From NCBI GenBank assembly GCA_043228905.1, contig JBHGNT010000010.1:22258001-22322000 (forward strand): DNA of 64,000 bases. Reading direction: 5' to 3'. Position 1 is the stretch's first letter. Each line of letters opens with the position of its first letter. Both the position numbers and the translations under genes were made by a program. Positions 49,518-63,560 of this stretch are shown here, in pieces. The notes under the pieces are model-generated. The model was not told the origin of the DNA and did no database searches. It saw nothing but the letters and a program-made list of their open reading frames with translations. Source of the stretch: Azolla caroliniana (lineage: Eukaryota; Plantae; Polypodiophyta).

Positions 49518-50594
49518 ATGGCGATGAGCCCTCCTCCTGTCTGTGTAGATCTTGAGGTATCCATCACCTCCGCTCGTGATTTGAAGAACGTGAATTGGAA
49601 GCATGGCGATCTATGTGCCTATGCCGTGGCGTGGGTGGACGAGGAAAACAAGGTGGCCACACGTGTGGATGCATCAGGCGACACCAACCCATCGTGGGTG
49701 AAGCAGAACTTCAGCCTCCCTGTGAGGAAGCCCATCTCCGAGTGTGGACTGAGCATAGAGATTTATCATGACAAGGCGGCCAATCCTGAGAAAGCGCTGG
49801 TTGGCTCGGTGTCAATCCCACTGCCAGAGATAGTGGATGCCGGAGGGTGCGATGAGACCTTAGATTACAGCCTGAAGCTCAAGCGCCCATCTGGGCGGCC
49901 ACAAGGTAAGGTTGATTTCTCGGTTCGAGTGAGAGAGAGGCGGCGGTATGTGTCCCCACCCCCTCCCGCCCCAGCCTCCTTCTCCTCCTCCATATACACT
50001 ACTACTAGTAGTAGCAGTACGTCCCAACCACCCATAAGCCCTAGAGATGGGATTCCTACCTATACTTATCCACCTTCTAATTACCCCTACGTCCCTACCC
50101 CTAACAACAACAGAACGTCATCTTACCCCCCAACACCACCGCTTCCTGCTGCCCAACCCTATAATATTGGCCAGCCTTACCCTGGCTATAACACCCAACC
50201 TTATGCTGCACCAGCACCTTACCCCACTTATAACACATCCCCTCCTCCCGCACAACCTTATGCATACGTCCAACGCCCTTCGCCACCATCTTACGGTTCA
50301 GCCCCAGCACCCCAGTTGCTTGGCTACCCACAGGAAGCTCTCCCACTGAAGAAGGGCCCTCTTACTTCTTCTTCTTCTTCTTCTACTAGCCCATTTGGTG
50401 GCATGGGCACGGGTCTTGCCATTGGAGCCCTTGCAGGTGCTGTGGGCGGCCTAGCTCTTGACGAATTTGTACACCATGAGGAGAAGGAGGCAGCCGAAAG
50501 ACAAGCCGATGAGGATGCAGATCGATATGCCGAATTAGATGCTGCCCGCGATGACTATGGAGGAGATGACTATAGCTATGATGATGGTTTCTAG
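49518..50594 (+). CDS. Intronless C2-domain protein of the SRC2/BAP-like family with Pro/Tyr-rich tail
   Basis: DLEVSITSARDLKNVNWKHG..YAVAWVD..TRVDASGDTNPSW; LKRPSGRPQGKV; PY-rich low-complexity region; GMGTGLAIGALAGAVGGLAL; acidic C-terminus. Confidence 0.92.
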   Translation: MAMSPPPVCVDLEVSITSARDLKNVNWKHGDLCAYAVAWVDEENKVATRVDASGDTNPSWVKQNFSLPVRKPISECGLSIEIYHDKAANPEKALVGSVSIPLPEIVDAGGCDETLDYSLKLKRPSGRPQGKVDFSVRVRERRRYVSPPPPAPASFSSSIYTTTSSSSTSQPPISPRDGIPTYTYPPSNYPYVPTPNNNRTSSYPPTPPLPAAQPYNIGQPYPGYNTQPYAAPAPYPTYNTSPPPAQPYAYVQRPSPPSYGSAPAPQLLGYPQEALPLKKGPLTSSSSSSTSPFGGMGTGLAIGALAGAVGGLALDEFVHHEEKEAAERQADEDADRYAELDAARDDYGGDDYSYDDGF

Positions 50595-52590
50595 GTGGAG
50601 ATTTGAAGATCCTTTGTTAAACTCGATGGTCCGAGATAGATTATAGAGAATAATAATTACTATGTCTATTTGAGGATTACTCAATTCACTCCATATAAGA
50701 CCCGGTATAATATTATGCCCCCCCAATGGGGCCCTCAATAATTACTATGGCTATTTCATGATTGGTCATGTGCTCGATATAATCTACCGGTATAATATTG
50801 CGCCTCCAATGGTTCTTCTTAGCTTTAATCCTGGACTCTGTCTGGAGTTCAGTATATATAAGTATTGTGTATAGCCTCTTCCCCACAATAATGCGTCAGA
50901 GAATTGTACAATCTACTTGCCTATATAGAGATTTTGGCCTTATATGGATGCATACATGATTTTTCTAAATTGGTACTGGATTGTTTATAATGCATTACTA
51001 CCAGATGAATGGCAATCTCTAATTATTTGCGTGTTTTGCAAATAGCGCTGTGGGTTCAAGATTTGATATGAGATTAGACTGATATTATCATATTTGAAAA
51101 CAGTAATAGACGCCGCTAGGGCAGGAACAACGTCGAGAATATTCAATTATATATATATATATATATATAGACAACCCTGCATTGAGATCAAGCTGCATGC
51201 AGGCATTAGGCAGCGAGCAAGTACCAGCTTTGCATTAATGACATAGTTTAGTTGGTCTTGTATAACGAGTTGGCTCATGAAGGGAGTACTCCTACTAATT
51301 AATAAGTCTAGATACTATTTTACAAGAAGAATTGTGTACTTGCCCTACTTATAGATGAAACGCATGAGATATATTATAAAGAGAGGATTTTGTTTCCATT
51401 CCATTGAATATAATACAAATACATATGTATATATAACTATCATGGGGGCTTGGCGCTGATCATGGATAGACTCCATGAATTATGCGCTTGACAGGACTCT
51501 TAAGAATCTAAATTAACACTAGCTCCGCCATCTCTCTGATGGTTACAACCAACTGCCAACGTTGAGGGAGGGTTCATAACTATTGCATTCTTATATTAAA
51601 AACCTTGTACATAATTTCATGTCTCTAACTAGCCCAGCATACCATAACTGCCAACATTGATAAAGGGTTCATGACTATTGCTTGCATTCTTTTGTAAACA
51701 GTTTACATCATGTCTTAGAGATCTCCATATCATGATGCAATGAGCACTTGATCCTACTCTCGCTTGAGTCTTTGATCTGATGCATTTAGGCGTGCTTGTA
51801 AATGTTACACATAGATAGACACCGCAACCTTTTACTTTCATGTGCCCTTCTAACTGGTAGATGATATATTTTCCACGCGTTGGCATGACTCTCTGGAGGT
51901 TCATTGTGACACCTTGTCATTGACAAAAGCTATTTGAGGTAGTCTAGACTATGTTTTAGCACTCCATGAGATTCACACACCAAGATTTAGTCATGAACAC
52001 TCAAAGAAGAAATATGAACCGATGTACGCATCATATTATTTCCCCTTTCCACCTCGGACACGTGTGATGAATCTGCCACATTATCCCATGCAAAGTCCAA
52101 AAGAGGGTTACGGGAGGGTGGAGGTCACATACATGCTTTGTCAATTAGACCTCTTCTTTTGTAGTGTGAACAGGGGAGGGAGGGGGTCTCTAGAGTGAAC
52201 CTCCACTTCCTTGTGCAATAACCAAACACGGATGCCAACTAGGAGTAAATGGAAGTCGAGGTATAAACGTTTTTACAATATTTAAATCAGTTTTGTAGAA
52301 AAACATCATGATCACACATAAAGAAATAATGTTTCAAGTGGACTTAGTAAGCAAGAGAACAAAGGCTATTGAATTGGGACGAAGGTTTGGACTAATGGTC
52401 AAGGGAAGATTGCGCTATCACTATCACGCCACCATACCCCCAAAGCCCACACCATTAGAAGTAGTAATCATCCATTAATACATAATATATATAATTGGTA
52501 AATGTGCACTTTGTGCTTGCTGCCTCCTTAATGTAATAGACACATATATCATAAATAACAAAATAGTCATTGGACGTGGAGATTTCCCAA

Positions 52591-52623
<33 letters not shown>

Positions 52624-52922
52624 ATATATATATATACACACACACACATACATACATATACTCATTACACATGCATGGGTAGTCTAATATATTAATTAAT
52701 CGATGGCATGGTGCAAGGATGGAGTGCTTAATTATGATGAAGTGCCATTGTATTGTGCAAAATTCTGGTGAGCATATAGCAGCATCATCAATCAGGCCGG
52801 GTGAAGCAAATCAAATATATATACCCATAATTAATTCTTCTAAATCCATGCATTGCAATTAACACCATTCATCATCATCATCGTCGGAATAGTTACATTA
52901 TATTTATCTTCCGCATACAAAC

Positions 52923-52971
<49 letters not shown>

Positions 52972-53117
52972 AACAACACATCTTAGGTCCCGCTGTGAGT
53001 AGGAGCCTTCAACATAAAAGTTATATGGATCGCTCCATGAGGAGCTAACGATGGTTTTATCATGCTGCATCGATGGCACTACCTGACGAATTAATAACCA
53101 CCACATTTCTGTCTTAT

Positions 53118-53741
53118 TCAGTTTTTCTTTGCTTCGCCTCCTTCCGCTTCTTCTAATTCATCAGTGATAACGTCTTTAAATGCGGATGGCGTTTCTTCTT
53201 CTCCTTCTCCTTTTTCAGATGCATTATTGGTAGTGATATTAGTAGGTAACACAGCAGCTGGTGGTTTAATTGCTACAGCTTCTTCTGTTACTCCAGTTGA
53301 TTTGTTATCTGCAGTTATAACAACAGCTCTAAGTGCTGAATCATCATCATCATCATGCTGAGTTGAATCTGATGACGGTGCGCCCCCATCACTAGCAGCA
53401 ACTTCTTCTTCGCTACTGATCTCATCCTCACCAAGAATTTGCAGCTCCTTCACCGCCCGAGTCACAACTTCCTCATCGGTACTTATAATAGTACTGGTAG
53501 TAGACATGGTTGACGAAACAGCAGCTGGATCAATCGCGTCCTGGAAGTATTCAAATACAGATCAGGCTTATATGCATATAAATGTTCGCAGTCATCCCAT
53601 TAGCTGTATTATTATACTATTAATGAAGATCAGGATCATCAGGAAGATATAATATGTTCAAACGCAAGAGTGAATCAGTTTCAACTCAGACTATTATGTA
53701 ATTATTACCTCAACAACAACAACGTCGATGGATTCGGCCAT
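53118..53741 (-). CDS. Small acidic low-complexity protein (~151 aa), unknown function; exons 53741-53709 and 53540-53118
   Basis: MAESIDVVVVE|gtaat...ttccag|DAIDPAAVSSTMSTTS.. splices in frame into the 129-aa ORF. TATAAA lies ~100 bp upstream (~53842-53847). E/D/A/T/V-rich. Confidence 0.7.
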
Positions 53742-55899
53742 GATCAAGGTATATGATGATTGGATTAACTAAGGTTACCAGCTATGCAACGGAAATGCAA
53801 AATGTTGTGAGATGACTGATGAGGAAAGGATCCAGGCTGAATTTATAAGCGAGAAAAAGAGGCCAATTTTTTTTAGGAATCCCAGGTCCCCTCCCCGTCT
53901 TTCCCCTTTTCAGGACTGAGGACTCATTTACAATAGATTAAGAAAGTATTTACTATATAACGAACAGCCAGCTAGCCTAGCCTAGGAGGGTACATACTTA
54001 TTACTGATGCAATACAGATACAAGTAACCAATTCATTGGCAAAACAAGAGGAAGGTACGGCCGGCCTTTGCTTTTGTGCAAGATGCCTTCCCTTTCACCT
54101 CAATACGATTTATCAAGTTTTAGGCCTATTTCCAGGAATTAGTTGGTTAACGTAAAATATCAGGAAATTATATAAATTATTGTCTTACCCATTTATGCTA
54201 GTCGGAATCATCACGCTAGTGATGATTGTCTTATGCATTTAACGATGATCAACTTGATTATCCTAAGTTGTTATAAGTGTATACCACCTTGTATACTGCA
54301 CAATTTTCAGTATAACATTGTGTCATAGTGCCAATTTTGTTCATGATATATATATTTGATATGCCGATTTGCAAATGTGCAGGTTATATACGGTGTAGAT
54401 GTTTGCAAAGAGGAGACCATTCTCTTGCTGTGTGTCCAGCTGGAAAGGAAGATCTCTGTGGCTTCTTATCTACATCGCTATTAGAGAATCTGTCCGTAAA
54501 GAGAATCGGTAAACCCTAAACTTTTCAAATGACATTCAAAGATGTAAGTTTTTGCCACGCCAAAATCAAAACAGCAATTCCCATTCCATCGTTTTGGTTT
54601 TCTTTCCAGAAGTTTTTGAAAGTCTGATACCATTAGCTGGACAACACCCACTTTTCCAGATGCCAAAGACACAGAATCACACTGTTACAAAAGTACAACA
54701 CAAAGGCTGCCAACAATCCTATTACCCTAAACTATTCATTCATAATTCATCACTTTTGTTATTATATGTTAATCACTTTCTCTTATCGTTTGGGAACATT
54801 TTAGTACATATTCATTTAAAGCCTAAAATTAGAAGCACATGCCTAAGAACATCACGTCACCATTGATCCTCAAGCCCTTGAAAACTTCCGTTGCTTAACT
54901 AGAATTTAGTATAAATATCTAAATAATGAGTTGTTTCATTGTATTGTACTGGAATTTCATCAATATAAAGCAAGACACTCAGTGCAATAATACTGGCACT
55001 ACTAATTTGTTGCAAGCTCACTTTCAAAAAGTATGCATAAGAAACAATGTATGCATAAGAAATTGCTCAAATTTTCGTAGGGTCAGATATTTTACACGAG
55101 ATTTGTAGTAACAATTTACAGTTGCTAGTATACATTGTAGGAATTGGAAACTAACGTTAAAATCAAAGCTGACATCCAAGAGTATTCATGCACACATGCT
55201 GCAGCAAAACTATTGAAGGTTAAAACTTGCCCCACGGGCACGTATCCAAAAGCATGTACTGTGAGAAGAGAAAATGTGTGATTTCCCAATCTATGTCAGA
55301 TTGTTAAGTCTTGTCATTCTCTACCTCCATTTGTGCCAATTCACTCAACAGTTTTTCTTTGGCGATGCAAACCTTCAACAACATCCACACCAGCAATGAG
55401 CATGTCGTAGAGCCTATAGGTACGCAACTCCAGTTGACTCCATGAAGATAAATCACTTGCTTTTAGTTCCAAATCCACAATTAGCTTACACCAAACAACT
55501 CACCACATATAAAAAGTGGCGGATGGGATGGACATCTCACAACCACGTGCATCATCATAGTTGACTTCGTACTGACCCATAGCAAACATTCAGGTTTTCA
55601 TTCAAATCTGTTTTACAAGCTTCTATGTCTCTAAGGCTATCTGAGTAAAAGAATATATGTGGCTTTTCTTTAAATATTTCTAGTCTGAAGGTCACTTTCC
55701 ATCTTTTCCCACTGAACATAATTGTGTATAGACCATAGATGGATGTCCCTAAACAATATCAGATAATCAGCTAGACTTCTCTGTATAACTAAGAAGAAAA
55801 AAAAAAAATGAAAATTGATTGAAAGGAAAGGAAACAATCCAAGAGTTAAATATGTTCCCAATTGAAAAGCCTACAGACAAAAACCAATGCCACAGTGTG

Positions 55900-58800
55900 T
55901 CAAGCGCACAATGCTTCAGCATGATGCTTTATATGATCCTCAACAAATGAAGCAATAAAGAAATAGGAATGATCATATCCTGGTTGCAACCGTAGGATTA
56001 ACGGTATCCCAGCAAGATTGCAGGCATCCTGGAAATTCTCTGGCAACAATTGCTTATCATGTAAGAACTTGTCTGCATCACCCTGTTCCAGAGAATATGA
56101 AGTTTTATGCTCAAAAAATGCCATACCTTGAAGGACAGAAAAACCTACTCTTTTCTTATCTCAGCAATCATCAGAAATCAATCAATCTAAACAAAGACCA
56201 AAGACCAAAAACCAATATAAATAAAAAAAACATATCAACTATACCTGATCAATTAATATGCTTGTTCTGTTCAGACCTTTGTAATTCTTCGCGAGTTCAG
56301 TCGCATCATAGTCCTGGGGCAATCGACATACGTATAACATATCACAAAATAAATTCTTTAAGCTCAGAAAATAATGGCAATCGATATGATTTAGTATATC
56401 ATTTTCACTAATAATTTCTTTTTAGGATGAACAAACAAGAGAATCCAGGTAGTGCTAAGATTAATACATAGAAACATGGAATATGAAATAACTTCAATGG
56501 TGTGGTGATGAACAATCTCTACAACTGCTCCAGACAAGATTAGCTAAAAAAAGGTGACAAACTAAGCTGCACCGAGAAACATTAGGAGCACATAATGTAA
56601 AGCTGAACAATAACTTTCTCGATGGAGGGGATGAGAGTGGTAGAGTGGGTAGAACAAAAAGAAATAGGACAGAAAGTGATATGTGGGTCCTCAACCATCA
56701 TTAGGCTAAGAATCTAAAGAAGAACCATGCAACTCTTGTGAACCATGAAACAATAATCAGTTTCCTAATACAGAGAGAAGAAAAATGTAGACAAACCTTC
56801 CACAAAGATTGATCAGAGCCCAAATATCCTGGAAAAGCCTTTTGTCCCCAAGGGCAAGCTATTGGATTACAAATTGGAGCAAAAGCTGAAACAGACTGAA
56901 ACAGAAAACGAGATGTTGTGTTTTGCTTCATAAATAAATTAAGTCTAGAAAGCATAATTGTGTTTGTTCAATCACCTTGTACTTATCTGAGTTTTTCAAA
57001 AAAATAGTGAGTGCACCATGCCCACCCATAGAATGTCCAAAAATTGATGCACGGGTAATATCAAGTTGTGGAAAGTTTTCATTCAAAAGCTCTGGTACTT
57101 CTTCTGTTACATAACTGTACATCTGCCAATTTTTCCATTTTGATTGTGTCGCATTTAAATAGAAGCCAGCACCTGCAAATTAGTTAAACATAAACTCAGC
57201 AAGCCTCATAACTTAAGGAATGCTCACGAGTGAGATTGGGTACGATACACTTTTAACATCAAGTAACCAGCACCAAACTGTCATGGACATGAATACATCA
57301 AAATGCCACGTATGAACAATGCCTTCAGTTCATCTGTTATTCCCGTAAACCATATCATCATCAGAAAGGACCATCTGCATGGTGTAAATGAATTAACTAG
57401 GGGATATAATAGAATGCAAGGACAATTGGAAGCCTACTTCTTATGGATCATGCATCAACCTGAGGGTTAATCCTAATAATCACTATTTACATATAACTTA
57501 AGTAGTTGTACCCTAAAATGGAGTAAATTATAATTTCAATGAAGCTGTTAAGACAGTAGCTGATGGCCATCGGAATCAAAATTATGGAACCTAATAAACC
57601 ACTGTCCTATTGTCAAGACCTACAAAACAGTCTCATTTTACTTCAATAAGATTAGATGTGCAAATAATACGTTTTAACCTTCAGATTTTAAAATCCAAAT
57701 GAGGACATTTACAATTCAAAACATGCTGAAAAGCATGAACAGATAAATGTGAACAGACTCGGGGTTAATCCTAATCACAACTATTTACATATAACTTAGG
57801 TAGATATACCCTAAAATAGAGTAAATTATAATGTCAATGACGCTGTTAGGAGTCAGGACAGTAGCTGGTGGCTATTGGAATCAAAATTGTGGAACCTAAT
57901 AAACCACTGTCCCATTGTCAAGACCTACAAAACAGTCTCATTTTACTTCAATAAGATTAGATGTGCAAATAATACGTTTGAACCTTTAGATTTCAAAATC
58001 CAAACAAGGACATTTACAATTCAAGATATGTTGAAACACACGAACAGATTAAATACGTACACACCCTACCTACACCAAAGTCCCAACTGTCAGCCTCCCC
58101 TTCCACATTCAGTCCTCCTGTAGGCACAGGCACACAATGCCAGCAAGTCAATAATTAATTATATAAATAATGCATGAGATACATTCACTATGCATCACAA
58201 TCAATAAATTGGAACATTTTAAGTATTTCTCTTACATCCAAAGTCAATTGCAACAATATTTATTGCTAAATCAACAAGGTGATAAGGTGTTATTTATCAG
58301 CATCTTGGGACACACACAGCTCAACAATACTCATCAACAAAGGCTTCCACCATCACTATCACATCCCTTCAGTCAATCCATGTAGTATCAGTGGAAAAAC
58401 ATATCTTGTCAAGTAGCACACAAATCTTTCACCAAAAAAAGAAATCATCAATTCTCTGATCCATCCTTTTTCAATGTATTTGGCCAGAATTAGAACAACA
58501 TGTAAATTGAAACCATAATGAAAAGCTAGAATTTTGAAAAGTGAAAAAAAATGAAAACATAGAAATTTAAAAAGTGAAAGAAAAATGAAAAGTTTGTGGG
58601 AAATTATCATGATCATCAAAAATGCTTTTCTAGCTTATGAGATCTTGAAATTATGTAGGAAAGTTCAATTTTACGAAGTTACTTGGAGATGTGTCAGTGC
58701 AGATGAGGGCAACGCCCTCCTTTGCCGCAAATTTCTGTGCTCCTGACTTTATAATAAAATTTTCATCTGAGCAAGTGAGACCAGATAACCAGTACAGTAC

Positions 58801-61731
58801 CTGTCAAAAACACAGGATATCATCATGAAGGACTCTCCAATTGTAAAAACTGTAATTCATATTTGAATCATATCAGCCAATTTTCATTTCAATCTTTTGA
58901 TGATCAGGCCAACTTCCCTTATGCACAGACATAGAGTATACTGGCCAATGACATAAACCAAATTGAATAGATGTGTAAGAAATATATAGCTTGATAAAAC
59001 CAAAATAATCTGATCTCACATGTAGAGTGTGATACAGAAAGAATCATCCCTAAAATATGCACTCACATCTCTGTTCTCATCAATAAATAACTGTCATAAA
59101 ACTCTTGCTCCCAAAGGAAAAGAGACCAAGGTGTAAGAGCAGGGCGAATTCAAGGATAACAATGAGTGAGAATAAGTGCATGCAGTCCCAAGGAAAGGTG
59201 TAAAAAGACCAATGACTGGCAGCGTGCGACTGGATAGTAAGCACATAAACCAGCATGATATGCAGAGAGGTCCCATCGAAGCAAACAAAGTTAGCTATGA
59301 TATAGAATTGAAAAATCATGATTTTGACACTCAGGTCAAGAGACATGAAGACGCTGGATTGGCGAGCAAACTCAGCCATGGTATTAGAGTGATTTGTGAG
59401 TCACCATTATTTATTTCAGAACTTGTTCCCATCGTTATATGGATGTAAACATTGCTGCATGTGTATATAATGTGAGAAGCTTGGTACTGCGGTAACCTCT
59501 ATGTTAGTGTCAACCAAACCTGTGTCACTAGTGAGGGAGGAATTGGTTCAGGGAGCTCTACTATGCCGACAAATGAGAGCATGTCAAATGCATCCCCTCA
59601 ACAAAGGGTGGTGAGCATGTGATTACCCAGGGCATTGATCAACACCTGTTTCTCACAAGCCAACCTATTCCTACCACTGCTTGACACTCTGGAGATCCTA
59701 CCAAGGTGGCATAGACGTCTCTAGCAACCTACTCACTTCGAGGAATTGACAATGTTTTGTAACCAGAGAAATCAAAGGGCAAATAGCATGAGGTTGTGAA
59801 CAAAGTTCCAGCGCGGGCATGCCGAAATTGTGGATAGACAAAGATATTCAACACACAACAAATGCAGTGACCAAACCCTTTCATGAGATGGAAGCTGTTA
59901 GAAGATCTAAGAAATATGCCACACTGGAATGTCATCTCAAAGCTCCGGCCTGTAGGTGTTCCATACCATGTAGAATACCTGACTGACAAGTAGGGATCCA
60001 AATACAGCAAGACCAAACTGCAACTGTAAGAATTTTGGGGGTGCAGAAAGAGATTCCGGGGCGCCTAAACTAGAACCCGTAGGATAGGGGATCAGCACCC
60101 TACATCCTGTCAACCTAAGGATGATGGACCCTATTGTATCTGCTCCTACGGTCCACGCTATGCTTAGGGTGTATCAGCTTGGCAGCAGAGAATAGGTTGC
60201 CTACTAGGCCATGGGAAGAAGAAGCCATTAGTCCCTCCAATCAAAACAACTGTTGGCACTACTACCCAACTTCTGAGGATTAGTGAATCCCCAGCTAGGT
60301 TGGTACTAATACAAAATGAGCAACAAAACAAGTTGTCCATATTTATGTAGCAGGTCGCAAGACTGGTGGGTAGGATGAGCATCCCCACACTTCCACATCA
60401 ACCGAAGTTCCACAAGTGTGGATGAAAACGAACACTAATATAAGAACTATTGTGTAAATTTCTATGATTATATATAACGTAGAAGTGGTTATATAAACCC
60501 TTCTTAGAAAACCATGGCATGGGCAGGAAGTCACTCCCAAGAAAATAAAAAATAAATAAAACAAAAACGATCATAAAAGAAGAAAATACATGGCATGACA
60601 TTTGATTAGGACGTTTATGTGATTCTAGGGGCCTACAAACGCCCAAAGCCCCATACCAAGTTGGATGGCACCTGAAAGGATAAGAAAAGGAACCTCCAAC
60701 CTATGTTGAGTGAGCCTACTAGGAAGCCAACCTGAGGTAGAGAAACTACGTGCATGAAGCTGCCAGACAGGAAAGACTAATATTTGAATAGGGTCTCAAG
60801 AAATGAAAATAACTAATGTCAGAGAGTGGAATAATGGTCAACAGTGAAGCATAGATCATAATCCTGCTGATGGCAGAAAGGGTGCAGAGTAATGTGGGTG
60901 TGGTCTGGGCACCAAATACAACCGCAATAACGCTGATCAACTAGGTACCTGCAAAGGAATCAGAAAAACAACTTGACCCAGACCACCAAACCCTCCAGCA
61001 CAGAACCTGAGATGGCCTGAAGCAAAAGTAGGCTCAAGGGAACAAAACTGGACCTTGATGACAAAACATCACTGTTGATGGGCAGGACTACCCCACAATG
61101 GCCTGTGAACCAACAATAACAACACCAGAGACTTGTGAAATTTAGGGTACCAAGCAGACACCGTGGAGGATAAAAGTCGGACCACACCAAGCAACAGCAC
61201 ACACCCCAAGAGTGGTACAAAAACAATGTAACCTAAACTGATAAGAGATAGCAGAACACGTTGTTGAATGCATTGGAAATATAGAAAGCAGTACACTGAC
61301 TTCTGGAGCGTATCAAGGTCACACTCCTTATCAAGGGCATGAAGTTTGGAAATTCTCCAATATGCCAAGTGCTGTCTAAAGAGCAAATGCAAAACATGTT
61401 TCTACCAAGTGCAGCCAACTTCATGCTTAAGGTAACTGTTTTGAATATTAACCTTCAGATATAGAAGCTATACCGGAACTTTCTTGGTGGCCGCAGCAGG
61501 TGGAAAGTATATACTCAGATTCATTTCAGAGCCACACACAGAGCTTTGATGCTTAAATCTCTTGTTGAATCCATCAAACATCTTTGAGCTGCTTATCTCT
61601 GTGACTCTCTTTGATTCATCTGCCATCGTGCTATACCTGGCAGAAGGACAATGAGCTACGACTTGTTTGAAAACTTTGGGGAGGCACTTTAGGGAACGGA
61701 CAGCAACTGTAGCCACCAACCACCCTGACAT
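55900..61731 (-). CDS. SFGH: S-formylglutathione hydrolase (esterase D); exons 61731-61474, 58800-58683, 58117-58070, 57172-56976, 56895-56797, 56313-56245, 56082-55900
   Basis: [14 protein letters not shown]; [15 protein letters not shown]; [16 protein letters not shown]; GHSMGGHGA nucleophile elbow; [17 protein letters not shown]; [11 protein letters not shown]. Probable 5'UTR exon near 62410-62570. Confidence 0.96.
57463..58056. repeat. Diverged ~299-bp tandem duplication in an SFGH intron
   Basis: 57463-57750 and 57762-58056 align, with a shared exact block attgtcaagacctacaaaacagtctcattttacttcaataagattagatgtgcaaataatacgttt. Confidence 0.9.
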
Positions 61732-63334
61732 TCAACACTGCAAACCACTGGGAGTTAAAGAAATTTAGAGAAATACAAAGAAAATGTCAAATTGGTCATC
61801 ATCTAGAATCGTCTAGGTTGACATACTTTGCAATTGTGAATTGATAGAGCAAAATGGGCATACATGAAACCTCTGAGAAATCACACATAAAGGCAATATT
61901 ATTAACATTTTATCCAGGTGCTAATATCCCACATACCCAACACAACAGCACTTCTTGCTCAACAGAGAATGAAGGCATAAGACGCCACTGGAGGGAAAAG
62001 ATTTTCCCCGAGGAACATACTAATAACACGTGTGGCATGATCATTAGACAGAATTTGATTTTAAGTATATCCTCTCAGGAGAAATGTGTTCGTTTTGGAT
62101 TTGGATCGATGTACATGAAGGAAGGAATGTTTATATGCTCATGCATATCCTGGAACAAGAAGTAGTTGATTGACGAACTCGGATCTTCTCACTTCCTTGA
62201 CCTCACCTTACCATTTCATGGTGTCACAATGTTATTGAACAGATCTTTAACCTTTCCTAGAGTAACACTGTTTTTCGTTTCGATCCTTTCTGCTTGCTTA
62301 TGGGTTAGTAACATCGTTATGCCTCTAACGCAGATCACAGAGACAGACCTCCGTACACAAAGCTTAAATGATGGGCCAAAGAGAAACGGGAGGAGGAGGC
62401 ATACCTTACCTAGTCCACTACCTCTGCTTATCACCGATTTCGACGATCTCTGAGAAAGGGTGAAACGACTAGGAATAAAAGACGCAGGCCCAAGGGGATA
62501 GGTACCACCAGCCAATGGTAGCGAACTAAGTAAATATTTTGCTGTAGCAGCCGCCGATGCTTTGTTCCAATCACTCGGCTAAATAACACATAAACTTCAA
62601 CGTTTCAACTTTCATATACATATATATATGTATTCGAGCTTAACTATATACTCCATTTATTGCCGCCCTCTTGCGTAGAGAGCGGCGGTCAAGCCATAAT
62701 TGATTAAATTAGAAGCTCCATTTGCTAATTATACTGAAAATTAAAAGCATGTGTGTAAGTAAGTTTGCTTGTATATAACAGCTTAATATGCTAATTGGGT
62801 CCTTCCTTTTGATATTGATTAAGTTTGCTCGTAAATAAAAGCTTAATGAGCTAACTTGATCCTTCCATTTGTTTTTTGATTGATCAAGATCTTTAGCCAA
62901 GTGAATGAAGCAAATAAACATTCATTAACGTATGGTTATTGGGTGGATTAATTAAGTGTATACATTTTTACATATAATGCTCCTTTTGTCATAGATGATT
63001 TACCCTAATTTAATTCTTAATCTTGTCTATAATATATTATTCGTCTTAATCTTGTCTCTTGCATCCTCCCTAAATTTTCCTCGAGAAATCGGTCTCCCAC
63101 GAACAATAAAAAGATATCTATTTGTCTACCAAGCATATTTAAGCATACTTTTAAATTCCAACAAATACAAACATATTTTGGCAATCTTCCCTTCCCAACT
63201 TGCTATATTAGATGAGCCCCATGACACCTCGCTTTCTTTTAGTGAGTAGTGGAAATGTCTCTAAGAGAAGGATGGAGCAACAACTTTTTATGCTTCATCA
63301 CAAGAAGTCACCCATAAGAATGTACATTGGTCCT

Positions 63335-63560
63335 TGATGGCAATGGAAGAAATGACAATTCATTTGTGTATGTCATCATCCACAAATGGCAAACCAACAA
63401 TATAGCTCTCATGTAAATTTCAAATACAATGGAAGGGGAATTTTAAGTCTCATCATAAATGACTATCAAATGGATGTCCAATGCAATGGAAGGGATACCT
63501 TAACTACCATCCCCAATAACTATCAAATGCATGCCAAATACAAAGTCGGTGTCATCCTTG
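63335..63560. repeat. Degenerate ~60-bp tandem repeat
   Basis: Recurring caatggaagg..., actatcaaatg and caaatacaa motifs. Confidence 0.55.

Noticed and set aside
55340-55580. Minus-strand ~80-codon frame with one internal stop (MGQYEVNYDD..)
   Set aside because: No recognisable homology or splice structure; it lies in the SFGH 3' flank.
62166-62515. 95-aa and 99-aa ORFs upstream of SFGH
   Set aside because: Both have non-ATG starts and overlap the probable SFGH 5'UTR exon and intron donor.
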